DNA of 64,000 nt from Ramazzottius varieornatus (Eukaryota; Animalia; Tardigrada): positions 501,036 to 565,035 of the forward strand of contig BDGG01000015.1 in NCBI GenBank assembly GCA_001949185.1, read 5' to 3'. The notes beneath the pieces are model-generated. The model did no database searches and was not told where the DNA came from. It worked only from the letters and a program-made list of their open reading frames with translations. The position numbers and the translations under genes are program-made. Shown here in pieces: positions 36,853-48,800 of the stretch (its first letter is position 1; the number at the start of each line of letters is the position of its first letter).

Positions 36853-37224
36853 TTGTCTCATGTAGGGCGCTGGCCGACGGCCGCAATGCTCAACCAGCAA
36901 GCCGCGATGGTCAGCAACCAAGCGGCGATGCTGGACGCCATTAACGGTGTTCGCCAGCAGGTCACAGGTTTGGCTGGAGACGTCGCACGTCTGGATGGGA
37001 ATGTCACCGAATTGGACGGGAGAGTGACGCAGGTGGCTGCTGACCTGGAGGAAGTCAAGACCAACAGCAGCACGTCCAAGCGCATTCTTCTCGTCTTCTT
37101 CGGCGGACTGCAGACCTTCTTTGGATGGAAGGACGACAACAACACTCAGGAGCAAGCGAGTATGTTTGGGGCCGGACTGACCAGAGCCTTTGCTTGGGTT
37201 AAAAGTTTTTTTATCGCTGCCTAG
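36853..37224 (+). CDS. Hypothetical coiled-coil protein exon with hydrophobic C-terminus
   Basis: Heptad pattern V..L...V..L...V..L...V..V...L and GC-rich codon usage. Upstream exon linkage unresolved. Confidence 0.4.
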   Translation: MSHVGRWPTAAMLNQQAAMVSNQAAMLDAINGVRQQVTGLAGDVARLDGNVTELDGRVTQVAADLEEVKTNSSTSKRILLVFFGGLQTFFGWKDDNNTQEQASMFGAGLTRAFAWVKSFFIAA

Positions 37225-37257
37225 ACGTCCGGTAACGAAGAGTCACTTCCGGTGATT

Positions 37258-37303
37258 AAGCTCCGTCCTTTCACATTCAGCTCCGTCCTTTCACATTCAG
37301 CTC
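37258..37303. repeat. 20-bp tandem duplication
   Basis: AGCTCCGTCCTTTCACATTC repeated twice plus a partial copy. Confidence 0.8.
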
Positions 37304-38711
37304 CTACTTTTGTGATAGTGGAATCCCGATGAAAGTGATCTTTTTGTACCATCAGCATGTCCAGCATCAAAATATGGATGATTTCGCATTTGCTCAGTCC
37401 GTTGATTGTCTGAACTCACGTTGGAGGGAAACTTTACCGTTGGCAATGCAGGCCTGCGGCTATTGGATCGTCTTGATTGAATGACAACACTACAGTGACG
37501 TCAGTAACTGTAGCGCGGAACGGGGCAACAGGCTTCCGCTCGAAGTCGAAGTTCAAAGATTTTATACAGATTGCGAGCGAAAGCGCACTAGCACAATTCG
37601 ATACGAATAATAGCATCGTGACATCATAGGAACAAGTTCGTCTCGTAGGCTCTGTGCTAAAAGAGTCGCNNNNNNNNNNNNNNNNNNNNNNNNNNNNNNN
37701 NNNNNNNNNNNNNNNNNNNCGCAATCTCTATTTTGCTTCGCTTTCGTTTCTCATTTAGATATTTCTCGAGGAGTGACGACAACGAATCGGAAGTTGTAAG
37801 TGTGGCTGGATATTCAAGTGAAAGTGGGACTCTGGATAACTGGTTGTTGACACGATAAAGGAGTCTGCAACGATGTCTGCGGGAGATCCAACGGTGAGGT
37901 AGTCTTTGTTGATTTGGGGTTGCGTCATCATGAAGACCGTCTGTCGAGGCTCATTCGTCCGGTTTGTGCATGTTAGCTCTGTCGTCATGCGCCGATTCAG
38001 CCGGGCAGTTTTAAATCCATGACATAGTGGTTGAGCCCTCTCAAGCTTGAACATTTTGTCTTCTTCTTTCGTAGGCGTCGCACGGAAAGGGACGAGTCAG
38101 AAGAAGCACGAGAAAGCTGTTCGGCCTGAGCGAGCAGCAAGACCACAATTTGGTCGAGCTTCTGAAAGGCCAGGTTGGATACCGTGGCGGTTGGACGACA
38201 CTTCGAAATTCTCTCGCTGAATACGCTACAGCGAACGGTAATCTCTCGGATAGCTCACCAGCCTGGAGGCTGAAGAACCTCCTGAACGTCACTTCTGTTT
38301 TGTTGTAGGTATGCAGTGCAGCTTCGCATATGAATGGCGTCGAGCCTTCCTTCAACGCCACGGGCCTTCTCTCCCACCCGTCATCAACGCGCTTTTCTCT
38401 CTCTCTTTGGAGCACAACGACTCGATGCTCGATGGCTCCAGTTCAGTGCCGCTCCATGAACAAGTATCGCAGCTCACTGGCGTCCCGGCTAACGACGAAG
38501 AAGATGTGGGGGAAGTCGGGGGAGCAGCGAAAGACGGCCGTGTGGAGGTCTCACTGTCGGAGCAACCTGCAGAGTGGGACGCGGACATGCGCCAAGCAAT
38601 CCAGCAAGCTATGACAGCTTTCGTCAAGGCTGGAATTAACGAAGTCAAAGCTCGAAGAACGTTGGCTCGAATGGGAGTTCCAGGTACTACTAGTTTTGAT
38701 AGTTAGGACCT

Positions 38712-38988
38712 AAGCACGCAAACTCGATAAGATCTTTTTCCAGTGGCCCAGGTAGACAGCCATTAACACCGGTAACAGGCGCCAATTAGAAAACCAGTCG
38801 AACTCGACAAGAATGATTTTCCAAATGACCCAGGCTTCAAGCTGGTATTAATGAAAACGCACGCCACTTGGGAAAACAATCGTATTTGATAAGATAGTTT
38901 TCCCACGTGGCGCACACTTGTAGCCAAAACACTGTAAGCGTGCGCCACTTATGAGAATAATTAGGCTCAGTTTGTTTGGCGAGCTTCC
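38712..38988. repeat. N25 palindromic element, ~3 units
   Basis: Best core at ~38905, with two decayed upstream units. Confidence 0.75.
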
Positions 38989-39914
38989 ATTTTCACAAGA
39001 AAACTCTACGGTGAGATTTCCCTTCTCGAGCCTTTGGTTATTTTCGTTGTACTATAGGTTTTGTGATTTTTGAGAAATCTGCCAAGTCGAAGGAAAACAG
39101 GAAGAAGAAACGAAGAAGGGAAGGCAGCACGAAGGACGAAGAATTTCGAGTCGTCCAGGCACCAAGTAGGAAAGAGGGTTCTCCTAGAGTATCCGGTTCG
39201 CAGTCCGCTTCTAGTGTCACCGAGAACGCTACGTTACCCGAAGGTTCGCCATCAAAGACCACAACGTTGTCGTCTTCCAAAAAGACGCCACTTCAACTAC
39301 GTGTACTCGGTACGCTGTGCCTTCCGCATTTTATAAATCTCATGTATAAATATTATTCTCACTTGCATGATTATGTTTAATTCAGAGAGGGAATACCTCA
39401 AGAACAGACACCTAACTTCTGCCCGCGCCGCGCAGCTGGCTGGGAAACTGCTCCTCGAATCTGAGCAGGTTATGGCATGGTACGTCAGAGTGGCCGCAGG
39501 TGAGTGCTTGTTATATACGTAACACTTCCGGACTAAGTTATCTCCATTTAGGTTCCGTGGGAAACGAGGCAGAGAGAAAGCCCGCCGAGCAACCACCGGA
39601 AGCTAAAAAATTGTCTGGTAATTGTACTGCAAGCTGTATATCTCTAATAATGATGAGGTTGTATTACGCTAGATAAATTACCCCTCATGGCTCAAACTCT
39701 TCTTTTTTGTTTTAATTTAATTCCTCGGTTTTTTCCGTGATTTCGTCGGAAATTCGACCCAAAAATTCTGGTTGAGCAAAATTTGCAACGGTGCTTGCGA
39801 AATTTTGGGAGAATAAGCGTCAAATGTTTTCCGGCCTTTTCAAAACTGATGATTGCTGTCCAAATGTTAACTCTTCACCGGTTCCGCCGTTCCGGATACA
39901 CGTAACTGACTTAA

Positions 39915-41437
39915 TTATTGTCCGAACAAAAATTGTTGACCACCTGCCGAAAGCGCCATCGCTTCGATTGATTGACCAGGTTGGCTAGCAGCGGCCGCTT
40001 CCGGCCGGTGGCCAGTAATTCTGGGCCGGCCAATAACTGCGTCGGCTGCGTGTAGTTTAAGTTGCAGGTCCTGGAGGTCCATCCAAGGAATGTCCTCGCG
40101 GTCCGGGCATTGCTCCTCCACACTCCACCACTTCATAATATCTTTGTCGTTCTTCTTCGGAGGATGCGGACTGTGCAGAGCAGCGCAAAGGTTGCACCAG
40201 TAAGGACTCGTGTTCAGATCAGTTCCTTGTATCATACTGGTAGCTTTACCCTGGTACTTCCACCTCAAATATTTCCTGATTTCGACAGGGTCCTTCGAGA
40301 GACGAATGAGGTATTCCGCGAGAATCGTGCTGTTATTGAAGTCATCCACATGGATGAAACTATTGGGTGGCGCGTAAGCTTCGTAGTCTGCCTTACGTCC
40401 ACCCATCACGATAGGTATCAGTCCGTGCTGTAAGGCATTCCACCAGAACTTCTCAGTGATGTACTCGCGACAGAGGCTGTTTTCGAAAGTTAGAAGGAAC
40501 TGGTAGTCTTTGGCAATGTTCTTCAGGCAGCTTCCTGTAAAATTCGTCTGGTAGAACTACATGGAAGCTCGCAAGTAGACTGGACATGATCGTTTAAGTG
40601 GCGCACACTTCCAGTCTGCAACACCGAAACTGTGCGGTACTTGGAGGAAACGATTAACTGGACCAGTTCGATTTTCGAACCGGCGCACTCTGCCAGCCTA
40701 TAGTACTGTATACGTTCGCCACTTGGAGAAACGATCTTGTTGAGTTTGTTTGCTGAGTAATTTTATGCGCAGATTTTGTGTGCCTTCTAACATACAACAT
40801 ACCGTCCGTCAGCGAACAAGGTATCGGTTTGCTGTGCCACATTGTGCATTTCCCGAAGTTCCCGAAGACAAAGTTAAGGTTCGCCGCAGACGAGGAAGTT
40901 AGCAGGTGTCTTTTCAGCGCGTTACTGTATCGATGACGGTTATTGGGCGTTTTACAGTTCGATACCAAATGTGCGACGAGGCCTTTCCGTCGCATAAATT
41001 TATCCACCAGTTTTCGAATATGAACCTTGTCCTTGCTTTCAGTGGGGAACTTGTCATATTTTCCATATAGTGCAGGAATGTCCGAGTCGGAAGTATACGT
41101 GCTAGTCCAGTCGATTAGTTCCAACAGCGAGCCGTGCTCTGAAAGGGGTATACCGGTGTGAAAGGGCGTTTCTAGCGTGAGAAATACCCATTTCTGGGAT
41201 GGTTGTTTGAGCGGATGGGAGGAAGAAGGAGAAGGAAGGTCGCGGGCATGAAAGATGGCGGCGTCGGCGTCTAAGTTTTGGGTAACGTATGGGTCGAAGG
41301 GAGTGAAGTATAGAGAACAAGTGGAGATGGGACACTGGAGGCGTGTGAATATGGATAGGGATGATGAATGGTCGCTGGCAAATCCGGTCAAGTTCCAGCT
41401 TTTGTATCCGTAAAATTTTGTGGCCAGCACGATTTTC
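39915..41437 (-). CDS. Alpha-1,3-fucosyltransferase (GT10); 5' exons uncertain, possibly extending to ~42230
   Basis: ADAAIFH, QKWVFLTLETP, WTSTY..DSDI...YG, VSNC, and the GT10 motif YQFLLTFENSLCREYITEKFW.NAL....IPIVMG...P.SFIHVDDF. A type II TM-like segment lies at 42050-42268. Confidence 0.88.
40562..40758. repeat. N25 palindromic element, 2 units (fucosyltransferase intron)
   Basis: Cores at ~40596 and ~40677. Confidence 0.85.
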
Positions 41438-41548
41438 TGCAAATAGGGAAACAAACATAATGAGCAGTATGGGCAGGACGAGGTATCGAGCCACAGTTTT
41501 GGCCCGAGCAGCGAATATATCCACGAAGACTAATTTATGGCGAAAAGC

Positions 41549-41672
41549 CGGAGCCCGGCAAACGACTTGGGAATGATTGTTATCTCAAGTGGCGCACGAT
41601 CACAGTGTTATTAGCCGAAAGCGTGCGCCGTTTGAGAAAGCGATCACCTTGAGTCTGATTACCGAGGTCCCA
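41549..41672. repeat. N25 palindromic element
   Basis: AAGTGGCGCAC-N25-GTGCGCCGTTT at 41587. Confidence 0.88.
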
Positions 41673-42829
41673 TGAAGTGTGAATGATAAACCACTTTCGC
41701 CGGATCCGACTTGCAGCTGGACGTAAAAAGTAACTTCCATGCTGACAGCAAATAAGAGGTACTATAATCTGTAACGTTGGTGAAGAAGGTTCAACGAGTC
41801 AGAACGCGGCGGAAGTCCTCGAAGTCGCCCCTTTTCTCTACGTTTTTCCATAAGTAAAATCTTAATCAGTTCGGTCCTTCGGATCGGGTCTGCATGGTGT
41901 AAAAGCTGGGCGTCCGCTGGACACTGGACATTGAACAATTCTGGGACATTGGACAATAATTCAGCGTCTTGTCCAGCTTGTACAACAGGCCGTCTGCCAC
42001 GACTCGTTCTTCGCGACCGCTACCAGAGATGGCTATGGCTTGGCTCTTTTTACTGTACCTTGTTAATTTGGGAAATGAGCAACGGCGTAAAATCGACAGG
42101 GTCAATATCGAAGATTTGGAAGGTGACGAGGAAGAGAAAAGTGAAGGGCAGGAATGTTCGGACGTAGCGTGCTCGTAGTCCTCTTTTGACCAGCTGGACC
42201 AAGGGAGCCGTACGCGACATGGCCCGTTGCATCCATCCGCTCACATTTTCAAAAAGAACAGGAAACAAGCTCCCATCGACCTTCCATCATACAGTACACT
42301 CTTCGCAATACAGCTACGCGAGTCTCATTTTTTGCTGTCTTGGCAATATTACAGTAGGCTGGAATCTGTACTGTAGGCCACTTCGTCTGCAAGTCTCGTT
42401 TCTGCTTGTCATTTTTTTCGGCACACATTGTCGGAAAGCGCCTTCGGCCAAAGTAGTCTCACAATCACACGTGTACGAACGCCAGCTGGTTACTTCAATT
42501 TATACACTGTACAGCTTTGATTCACAGCTTCGAAGACGAACGGAACGAAATTAATCGAACGAACAACCAACAGAAAGAGAAAAACAGGAAAACCACAAAA
42601 AGCCAATTTGGTGATGTTGCAGATAAAACACTAAAAAAATTCGCGTAAGAATTTGAGTCAGCAAAACTTATTTCCTATCAACAGAAGCCAAGTCAAAAAA
42701 CACGAAGAAGTTTAAAACAGCCAAGCATGAGCTTTTGGAGAAAGTGACTAGAAAAGAACGAAGCTGAAGCCTAGGAACCTTCTTCATTGATAAGACGCCA
42801 TCATCACAACTAGAAACTAGTCCTTACAA

Positions 42830-45800
42830 CTATATGTAGACGGGAATGTCTTGGCCAGTCAGTAGGCGGAAGATGGAGGAAGGCATGGTTTTGAGTTCGA
42901 TCTCGCCGGCCGAGTGGGCCAGCATGTTGACGATGCTGTCGTGGTTGGTGGCCACCACGCTCTGCCCGTTGATCTCGATGATGCGATGGCCGACACGGAT
43001 ACCGCCACGTTCGGCGATACCTCCACGCAGCAGCGAACAGATGATGCCGTTCTGCACACTGAAACCCAACTGGTAGCGGGTATCGGGCCGCTTGATGCGC
43101 ACTTCCACCACCGGCGGACAGGAGACGACGGTCAGCTTGACCACCGTATGGTTCCTCACATTCTGCAGAGAAAATACACACGGTTGACAATGCCTTCATA
43201 CCTGCCTAGTTGATTGGCTACCGAAAGATATTTGGAAAGCCGGCAAACGAAACATACAAGACCCACAGGTCATGTGGCGCACGCATCCAGCCAGTAACAA
43301 GGGAAACGAGCGCCACTTCACATGACGATCTTGTGCGATAGTTTTCGGCAAGAAAAAGAATATTTGTCATGATTCAATGTCACAATCGTAGAATCCAGCA
43401 ATCTTCTTTTTCTTTAGTTATGTGACAAACCGCGACAGCGTCTGGGCAACACGAGGAAGCACGGAATTTTCCTACGATATTTTTTGGACTGGATGTGCCT
43501 TCGTTACCTTGATGATGGTCTGGCAGTGAGCCAGCGGTAGTCCCACCAAGCTAATGCCATCGATGGAGATGAGTTGGTCGCCGATGGACAGTTTAGCGCA
43601 GCGAGCAGCAGGGCCGGTGGGACAGAGGTTGGCAATGATGACGGTAGGTAGCATACTACCCCAGCCCGACTCCACAATGACCACACCCAACATTTCCCCC
43701 TTCGTCTTCGGTATCACCACCTAACCCCCAAACCAACTTCCACCGTTGGTCAACGCTCCTACCTTTGAATATATTGAAAACTGTGCAAGACAAAGCTTAC
43801 GTTGACTTGTTTCTCTTTGGACGCAAAGAGGTCCAATTCGTTGGTGGACATTTCCTGCGAGTTGAGCACTTCCAGGTAGTCCAGGTGGCGCAAGTAACGG
43901 TCGTCCTGCACACCGTTGGCTTTCAGGTATTCCATGTACGCTACTTGGAAAGCGTTGCCGATGGTTTGTGCAATGACGGACGCCTGTCAAACAAAATCAA
44001 AATCAAACTGGTCAATAAACAAACTCGACAAGATCGCACTTTCAAGTGGCGCGCGCTTGCAGTGTTTTTACTGGGAACGTGCGCCACTTCAGGAAACAAT
44101 AAACTGGACAAGATCGTTTTCCACTGGTGGCGCCAGCTTACTGCTAACCACACCGTCAGCGCGCGCTACTTCGGAAACGATCTTGTCGAGTTTGTTTACC
44201 GAGCTCCCAAAATTATAAAAACTACCACAGAATTTCAGAATATGAATTTTCAAACATGCAAAAGTATGGAAGTAAAAGTTCAGTCATGAAGAAGTTTTCG
44301 TGTGGCGTACCTCGTCGGACTGAAAGACATGGCAGAGCATTCGGGGTTGAGAGGAGCGGAGTACGGCATCACAGTTGAGGTCTTCCAAGCCGCGCTTGAC
44401 CATCAAAACCACCAGGTCGCCGATGTCGGCGATGTAGCTGATGGTCCGCAGGGGATGGTCCATCAGTACATCTTGGATGTCGGCGTTCAAGACCATTATC
44501 TTGTCTATGGAAATGAAGAGGTCCACGTCGCTCATGGGCTGCGACTCTCCCTCTGGCGCCTACAATCAAAATCAAACTGTCCGTTTAACCATGACGATTT
44601 TGGACGGATATATAGACGTAGAAAAGCTGAAGAAAAACGGACAATTCTGATCACGTGCTACTTGTACTGTCGTTAGTTTCTCAAAGAATACAGTATTATC
44701 GTATTCGAAAAACGAGCGTCACACCAGGATCGCTTAGCCTGTATGAAACTTTTTAGTTCCAGGAAAAATAACGGATGAATGGATATAGAGACAAAGGGAA
44801 GGTCAGAAAAGAAACCCGACAGATTTTTTTATCTTATGTTTCCCAAGTGGCGCATACTCTCGTTGCTACTATCTGTTAGCGTGCGTCACTCGAAAACGTA
44901 ATGAGAATATGACTAGATTTCATTTACTTTTATTCTGGTGACGGCTTCCTGTGCCTGCGTCAGCCTCGATGCCTTGGTCGGTCTCGAATCGGAAAACAGG
45001 TGTGTCGAACCCAAGTAGCAACAGCGGAACAAGAGCCCCTCAACCAGCTCATGGGCGGCTTCCTGACAGGACGACACTTTGCGACTGACCAAGGGTCGCT
45101 GGTTCAACTGCCCAATCCGCTGATGGTTATGGTGAAACTGACCACCGGTATGCATTCCACTGTCCGTACTGAGTAACTGCATCGACTCGTTGATGCCCGC
45201 TTCGTCGTCGACATGTCCGTTGGAGTTGGATGAGCTGTTCATGATCAAGGCCGTGCTGCCACTGTCATCCTCGACGCCTTCCGCCGTCGGCACTTCCGGC
45301 ATCTTGACGTCCCTGTCGACCACAAGAGGACAAATCCGTTAGAGAAAAGGATTAACGTATTGATCTCCATCCTTCATCCCTGGCTTTAAAGCCTTTAAAG
45401 GGAAGATTTCTATAACAACCAATAAGCACTGTAAAAATAAAAGCTCAGCACACATTTTTTGCAGAACTCGTCGTCCCAACTGGCGCACATGTCTAGTGTT
45501 ATTAGGTGAAAGCATGCGCCAGTTGGAAAAACGAAGCCTGTCCAGTTTGCTGGCCCAAATGGCGCACGGTTCCAGTATTGTTCGCTGACAAGGTGCGCCA
45601 CTTGAAAGAACGGTCTTGTCCAGTTGGACTGCTCCCCCATAGTGGCGCACGTAACCAGTGCGTCACTTGGAAAAACGGTCTTGTCGAGTTTGTTTGCCAA
45701 GTTCCCAAAATTAATGCAGACTTTGAAAGGTCGAAATTAAGCCATCATTGTGGGAGATTAAACAAACAAAGTTTCCTGTTGAGAGTTTATTGGATGGAAC

Positions 45801-48800
45801 GTTTGAAAGCTTAGCGTGGCTTTAAGGCGTGATTAGTCAAGGTCTTAACGTTGTGGATAGATATCGAACTGAACGTCTTGCCTTAACGTAGAATAATCAT
45901 CCATCAAAAGTCAGCAGACTAACTTTGGTAAAATATGCCAGCTGGGCGAAAATTATTCTGGCCCTGCTGGCTAGGCAAACAGCCAAACAGTGACAAACCC
46001 AGCAAAACAAACGGAAACCCAGGCAGCACTTTGTCAAGTGCATAAGAAGACAAGAAGCTTGAGTAACCCTAACCTCGCAAGGCTTACAGCGCCCAACATC
46101 CAGCCAGCTCTCGCCACAAATCACCACCAGCCGCCTGATCAGAAATGACTATAGACGTACTGTATGCAAATTTGTCTCCCACTATTGTTCCTCAAAGAGC
46201 TAATCCCTATATGCAAATCCACCCCCATTGTATTCCTGACACAATCTTCGGGCAGATTTCGGACAAAAGAAGAAGCAACTTGAGCAACTGTACCTTTCTG
46301 ACCTGTCCCTCGGCGGATCGAAAAACATGGCTGCGGTGCAAGAATACAATTTCACAGGCTAGTCATTCCCTCCAACTTGTTCCCACCAGGAAAACGATAG
46401 TACAGGAAAGAAAAATCTGGGAAAACAGAAGGAGATGCTGACGAAGTGAAGAACGATTGAACGAGGAAGCGGAGTTGATCAGGGGACAAACTGCGACTTG
46501 TGGACTAACCCGGTGGAAACATGAGCGTACTATTGATATTTTCTAGCGGATAATCTGGATATGGCGCAAAGCGAATCAACAAATGCAAGCCAGAGGCGAC
46601 AATTTATCAACATAAAGATAAATGCATCTTGATTCAAGTAGCGCCTCCAGACACGTACGGCAACCCCGAAAAGCATCCCACTGCATCGCAGCCCATCACA
46701 AGCTTCGACTCTACCGCAGCCAACGCTGCCATTCCCTCAGAGCACATTACCATCGCCTCAATAACCCCCACATGAATACGCGCAAATCACGCTGCCTGAA
46801 TCGTTAAAACGAGAGGAGTGAAGTCAAATGGAAGCCTCCTAGGCGTGAATTAACCAGCAGGAAGGCTTTCTTTCATCAAGTCTCTGGATGAAGTCGTTGA
46901 CTGTCCTTAGCTCATCAGCTGCTTGCGTGCCTGCATGCGCCACTGAGGTTACACGTCTCAGTGATCAAAGCTCTCCTCTCTTTATTCCTCATCCAAGCTC
47001 CATCTTCATCCTGCCGGAAACACAACTGTATTGATCACATGTTATGCCTCCTTCTTCCCCTCTTCACCACCACGAGTAGCAGCTGACGCTTGCATATTTT
47101 CTCGACTGGCCGAACCGGTCAAGCGGGATGGCGAACTTTACCGATGGCAAAACCTTGGCCGTAGGCGCGCTACAGACCTGCAACGGACTTTCCCGCTGAT
47201 AAGGGAACTCAAGGTCCGTTTGTCGGACTGAAGACCCAACTTGCCAGTGTCATCTGATAATCCAGCACATACGTTGATCACAAATGACTCTGAAGAAGTG
47301 CGGTGCTCGCAGCCCCAGTCTAATGACGAGCTTCAGAAAGAGTAAGCTAGTCCTCCCAAGTCGCTTGTTTTCCACCAGACATCCACTGCTGTCGCCTTCC
47401 ACCGGAGTCACTTCCTTGACGGGAGTCAGTGGGAAAGAAGAGGTATTGCGCCGAACTTATTACCGGTGAGCCAAAACCCACCTTTCCGTCCCTTCAAAGG
47501 TTCCCTACCAAGCTACAACCGCACGACAGTAAGTCAGCCATTCGGTTAGATTCGACCAACAGGGCAAGGCTGACCATGGCCAAAACCAAAACGACAACTT
47601 GGAAATACTGCATGCTCAACCTCATTACTGGAAAGGATATTCAAGCTAACTTAATCTTCCGCGACGAGTCGCCATTTCTGGAAAACAAATGACGGGCCTT
47701 TGACGGGGAACCTTCCCCAACCTTGATCGATGGTACATTCCCTACCAAGGGCCCGAGTTCGACAGCAGAAAAAAAGACTTGGGCAGTTGGGCTCCCGACT
47801 TCTTCCTGCTGCCGTTCACTGACGAATGTTGTCGCACGACCATCTCCATGGCAATTGGCAAACAATGGAAAAACCCTAGTCCACTTCCGCCTTACAATTC
47901 TTCGTACACTGTACGGTAAGTCGTTCGTCATAGTAAGCGGTTACCTTATGCTGGACTTGACTGCTACATGTACTGTATAAAGACATGACAATCGCAGACA
48001 GTCGCTTTCTAAAGGACAATGTCTATTACCATCCCCAGTTTCAACCTGAGGTGTTTCTTGACGAAGCCACTCCTTTCCCAGACGTCTCACGCACGAAGTC
48101 AAGCCTGGCCACGAGGGGATTATGCTTGTCCTCCGCCTTTCTCAAATATTCTGACATGATAGAATAATGGAGAAGAGTCTGCTCTATCGTCTGAAACAGG
48201 CGTAGCTTGCGCAATGAAATCCTGGAAGACAATACAGGAACCGGAAGTGACGTCAAAATCTGGGCGGTACACGCCTATTGATTTTATCGACCTCACGTAT
48301 TATGCGAAACTCAACTTCAGATTGTCAAGGAAGGTAAATCTTACAGAAATCATATTCTTCGTAAAAGTGGTGAAAGCATAGAGGATCTTTACACCATCCA
48401 CATTTCAGAAGCTAGGAACGCTCACAATTATCATGGTCACGACGACCAGTCAGTCCTTGGAAACAGAATTCTGTGGGGTTAACATATTCTACGGACCTAT
48501 CGACATAACCTGACAAATGCCAAGCTTGAGCAATGAGGTTAGAAAATCTAGAAGTAGACTGCTGGCAAATCAGGGAATGCATTTTCAATATGACGTCCCG
48601 ATGGTGGACTTGAACCGGCTGATTGTTCAAGAATATCCAGTTCGAAACCTTCCTGAAATACCCCTTGTACATCCGGAAGCAAAGAACGTCCAGCGGCTGA
48701 ATCTGACCGGTGACTTTAGGTGGTATAGTGATCATTTCATATTCCAGTTCTTCCCGTTTGACTTCATCTACGGCTTCTTGGTCAGAAACGTCGACCAAGA

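Noticed and set aside
38054-39600. Exon-like plus-strand fragments after the second gap
   Set aside because: Could not assemble a consistent frame or recognise a family; not called as a gene.
45339-45814. Recurrent small ORFs sharing KWRT/VRHL/QVAH peptides across the window
   Set aside because: These are translations of the palindromic repeat, not a protein family.
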